NCBI GenBank assembly: GCA_963823655.1
Contig: CAWGMK010000013.1
Location: forward strand, 1 to 64,000
Direction of reading: 5' to 3'
Length of the DNA stretch: 64,000 nucleotides
DNA from: an uncultured Bacillota bacterium
Lineage (GTDB): Bacteria; Bacillota; DTU025; MWDF01
Below, piece by piece: positions 63,401 to 64,000 of this stretch. Both the position numbers and the translations under genes were made by a program. The notes beneath the pieces were generated by a model. The model saw only the letters and a list, made by a program, of their open reading frames with translations, did not search any database and was not told the origin of the DNA. Position 1 is the first letter of the stretch; each line of letters opens with the position of its first letter.

Positions 63401-64000
63401 GAAGATAATATGAACCAACGCAAGCTCCTGGAGAAAAATAGCTCATACAGTGCAATTCTTTCCTCAATCAAAGCAACAATGCTCGAAAAGAGCCATGAGA
63501 CCGAAAGGCATGCAGAGAGAATCGGCCAACTATCAAAAAAAGTTGGCATTATGCTTAACCTGTCCCAAATAGAGCTTGATCAAATCGAATTACTAGCTAC
63601 GCTGCACGATATCGGAAAAGTTGGGGTATCTGAGCGAATTCTGAAGAAACCTGGCAAGCTGGACGAAAATGAATGGGTTGAGATGAGAAAACATCCGGAG
63701 ATCGGGTACAAAATCGCCATGTCCTCTCCTAATCTTGCGCCAATTGCAGATTATATACTTTGCCATCATGAACGGTGGGATGGGAGCGGCTATCCTCAGA
63801 ATCTCAAGGGCACTAGCATCCCGATGATCTCACGGATCATTGCAGTAGTTGATGCATACGATGCGATGACAGAAGAAAGGGCATACAGGAAAGCCATGAC
63901 ACATGAAGATGCAATTAAGGAAATAGAGAGAAGTGCCGGCTCACAATTCGATCCCCAAATCGTAAAGATATTCGTTAAAGCCATACGCGACGATGTAGGG
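60476..64000 (+). CDS. Membrane-anchored 5TM(LytS/YhcK)-5xPAS-GGDEF-HD-GYP c-di-GMP enzyme (3' end beyond the window)
   Basis: Not in the ORF track because no stop is reached. ATG 60476 follows a G-rich RBS; PG.IYD.R 5TM motif; five PAS units ending DIT/EIT/DVT; HD.LTGLYNR, REGD..ARTGGDEF (63206), LHDIGK and HHERWDG.GYP all lie in one frame. Confidence 0.92.
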   Translation, partial: MESTVLSALFNNASLLLVLTVIYEVTYFVPLKYRRMQPVFNGLLIAAICAAIMSMPFTLQPGVIYDTRSILICVTALIFGAIPTMITVAAASMIRLIIGGTGTLPGLAVIMTSALIGLAWRRWLHPKSTKWRWLSAYAMSVSVHITMLACMLLLPYPDNLNVIRKIALPIMVIYPIASVLLSLLLIRQQDIRNTQEKLKQSEEKYRRIAENISDVVWATDMNLRTTYLSPSIEHLVGESIQAHLLRTLDEKLPPESILKIRALFAEEMEKEKDPNCDKNRTFAIELEQYRADGTTIWISMNISILRDEKGKPVGFQGVSRDITKLRKAEEELRTSEEKHRRLFETMAEGVVYQAANGSIISANPAAERILGITFDQMQWKTSMDTNWKAIREDGSELMGNEHPAMVSLRTGEPYGPFIMGVFQPQINEYVWLSINAIPLFQPGETTPFQVYTTFREITAERMANRKYQLLFSEMIDAFALHEIICDDEGKPVDYRFLAVNPSFELMTGLKSEDILGKTVMEVMPDTEKYWIETYGRVALKGDPIKFINYSAALEKHYEVSAYQPSPNQFAVTFSDITEQIRDREKAMESLSRLRSLLDNSPSPIVIIDENGRFIEVSAVAEKIFGFPKEEIYMKEISQIAPPDMLKKASYALSKSPADSQLPENIDVFTLDGNRRYFESRIFPIHVPNNSARLFGYIGIDVTDRIMAEYALKENEEKYSNYIENAPDGIFVVNGDGQYVEVNSSASAITGYSREKLVTMSIRDITADESLESALREFEELKRKGYMNAELKFIHKNGSKRWWSVNAVKLSENRYLGFSNDITEKKDSEANLIHIINHDLLTGLYNRRFYDAELKRIDTPSQLPLSIIIGDINGLKLINDSFGHLEGDRIIIEAAKLINSCCREGDTLARTGGDEFSILLPKTSAQTAKELLKVIQATCEQYNMNAPDEVHFVNLSLGTDTKETADTDFVQVSKRAEDNMNQRKLLEKNSSYSAILSSIKATMLEKSHETERHAERIGQLSKKVGIMLNLSQIELDQIELLATLHDIGKVGVSERILKKPGKLDENEWVEMRKHPEIGYKIAMSSPNLAPIADYILCHHERWDGSGYPQNLKGTSIPMISRIIAVVDAYDAMTEERAYRKAMTHEDAIKEIERSAGSQFDPQIVKIFVKAIRDDVG

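Overview
A 64-kb chromosomal segment from an anaerobic, moderately GC-rich bacterium. Gene order is Bacillota-like (glgBPCDA with glgD, yvcK-whiA, gap-pgk-tpiA-eno-secG-smpB-ssrA), yet the exported proteins lack lipoboxes, suggesting a diderm lineage. From left to right: a partial PucR-family regulator divergent from a fragmented aldehyde:ferredoxin oxidoreductase; an IS1182-family element; a DOMON protein plus sulfite-oxidase-family Mo enzyme; a CDF/ROK/phosphoglucomutase operon; a ~19-kb glycogen and maltodextrin locus that includes a GH13-GH77 fusion; an aminotransferase, a MATE transporter and a pepF/DRG-like GTPase/pepT/radical-SAM cluster; ABC exporters and an Opp-type importer; rsmC, a RapZ-C-terminal/YvcK fusion and whiA; an AT-richer REC-HD-GYP insert; the glycolytic operon; secG, an HD protein, smpB and tmRNA; and a 5TM-5xPAS-GGDEF-HD-GYP gene that runs off the window. 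Many genes, including gap, carry single-base frameshifts that look like long-read consensus errors. The best novelty candidates are the RapZ-CTD::YvcK fusion, the DOMON/Mo-enzyme pair, the DRG-like GTPase among peptidase genes and a CDF that has lost its metal ligands. All family calls come from motif recognition by eye; no searches were run.
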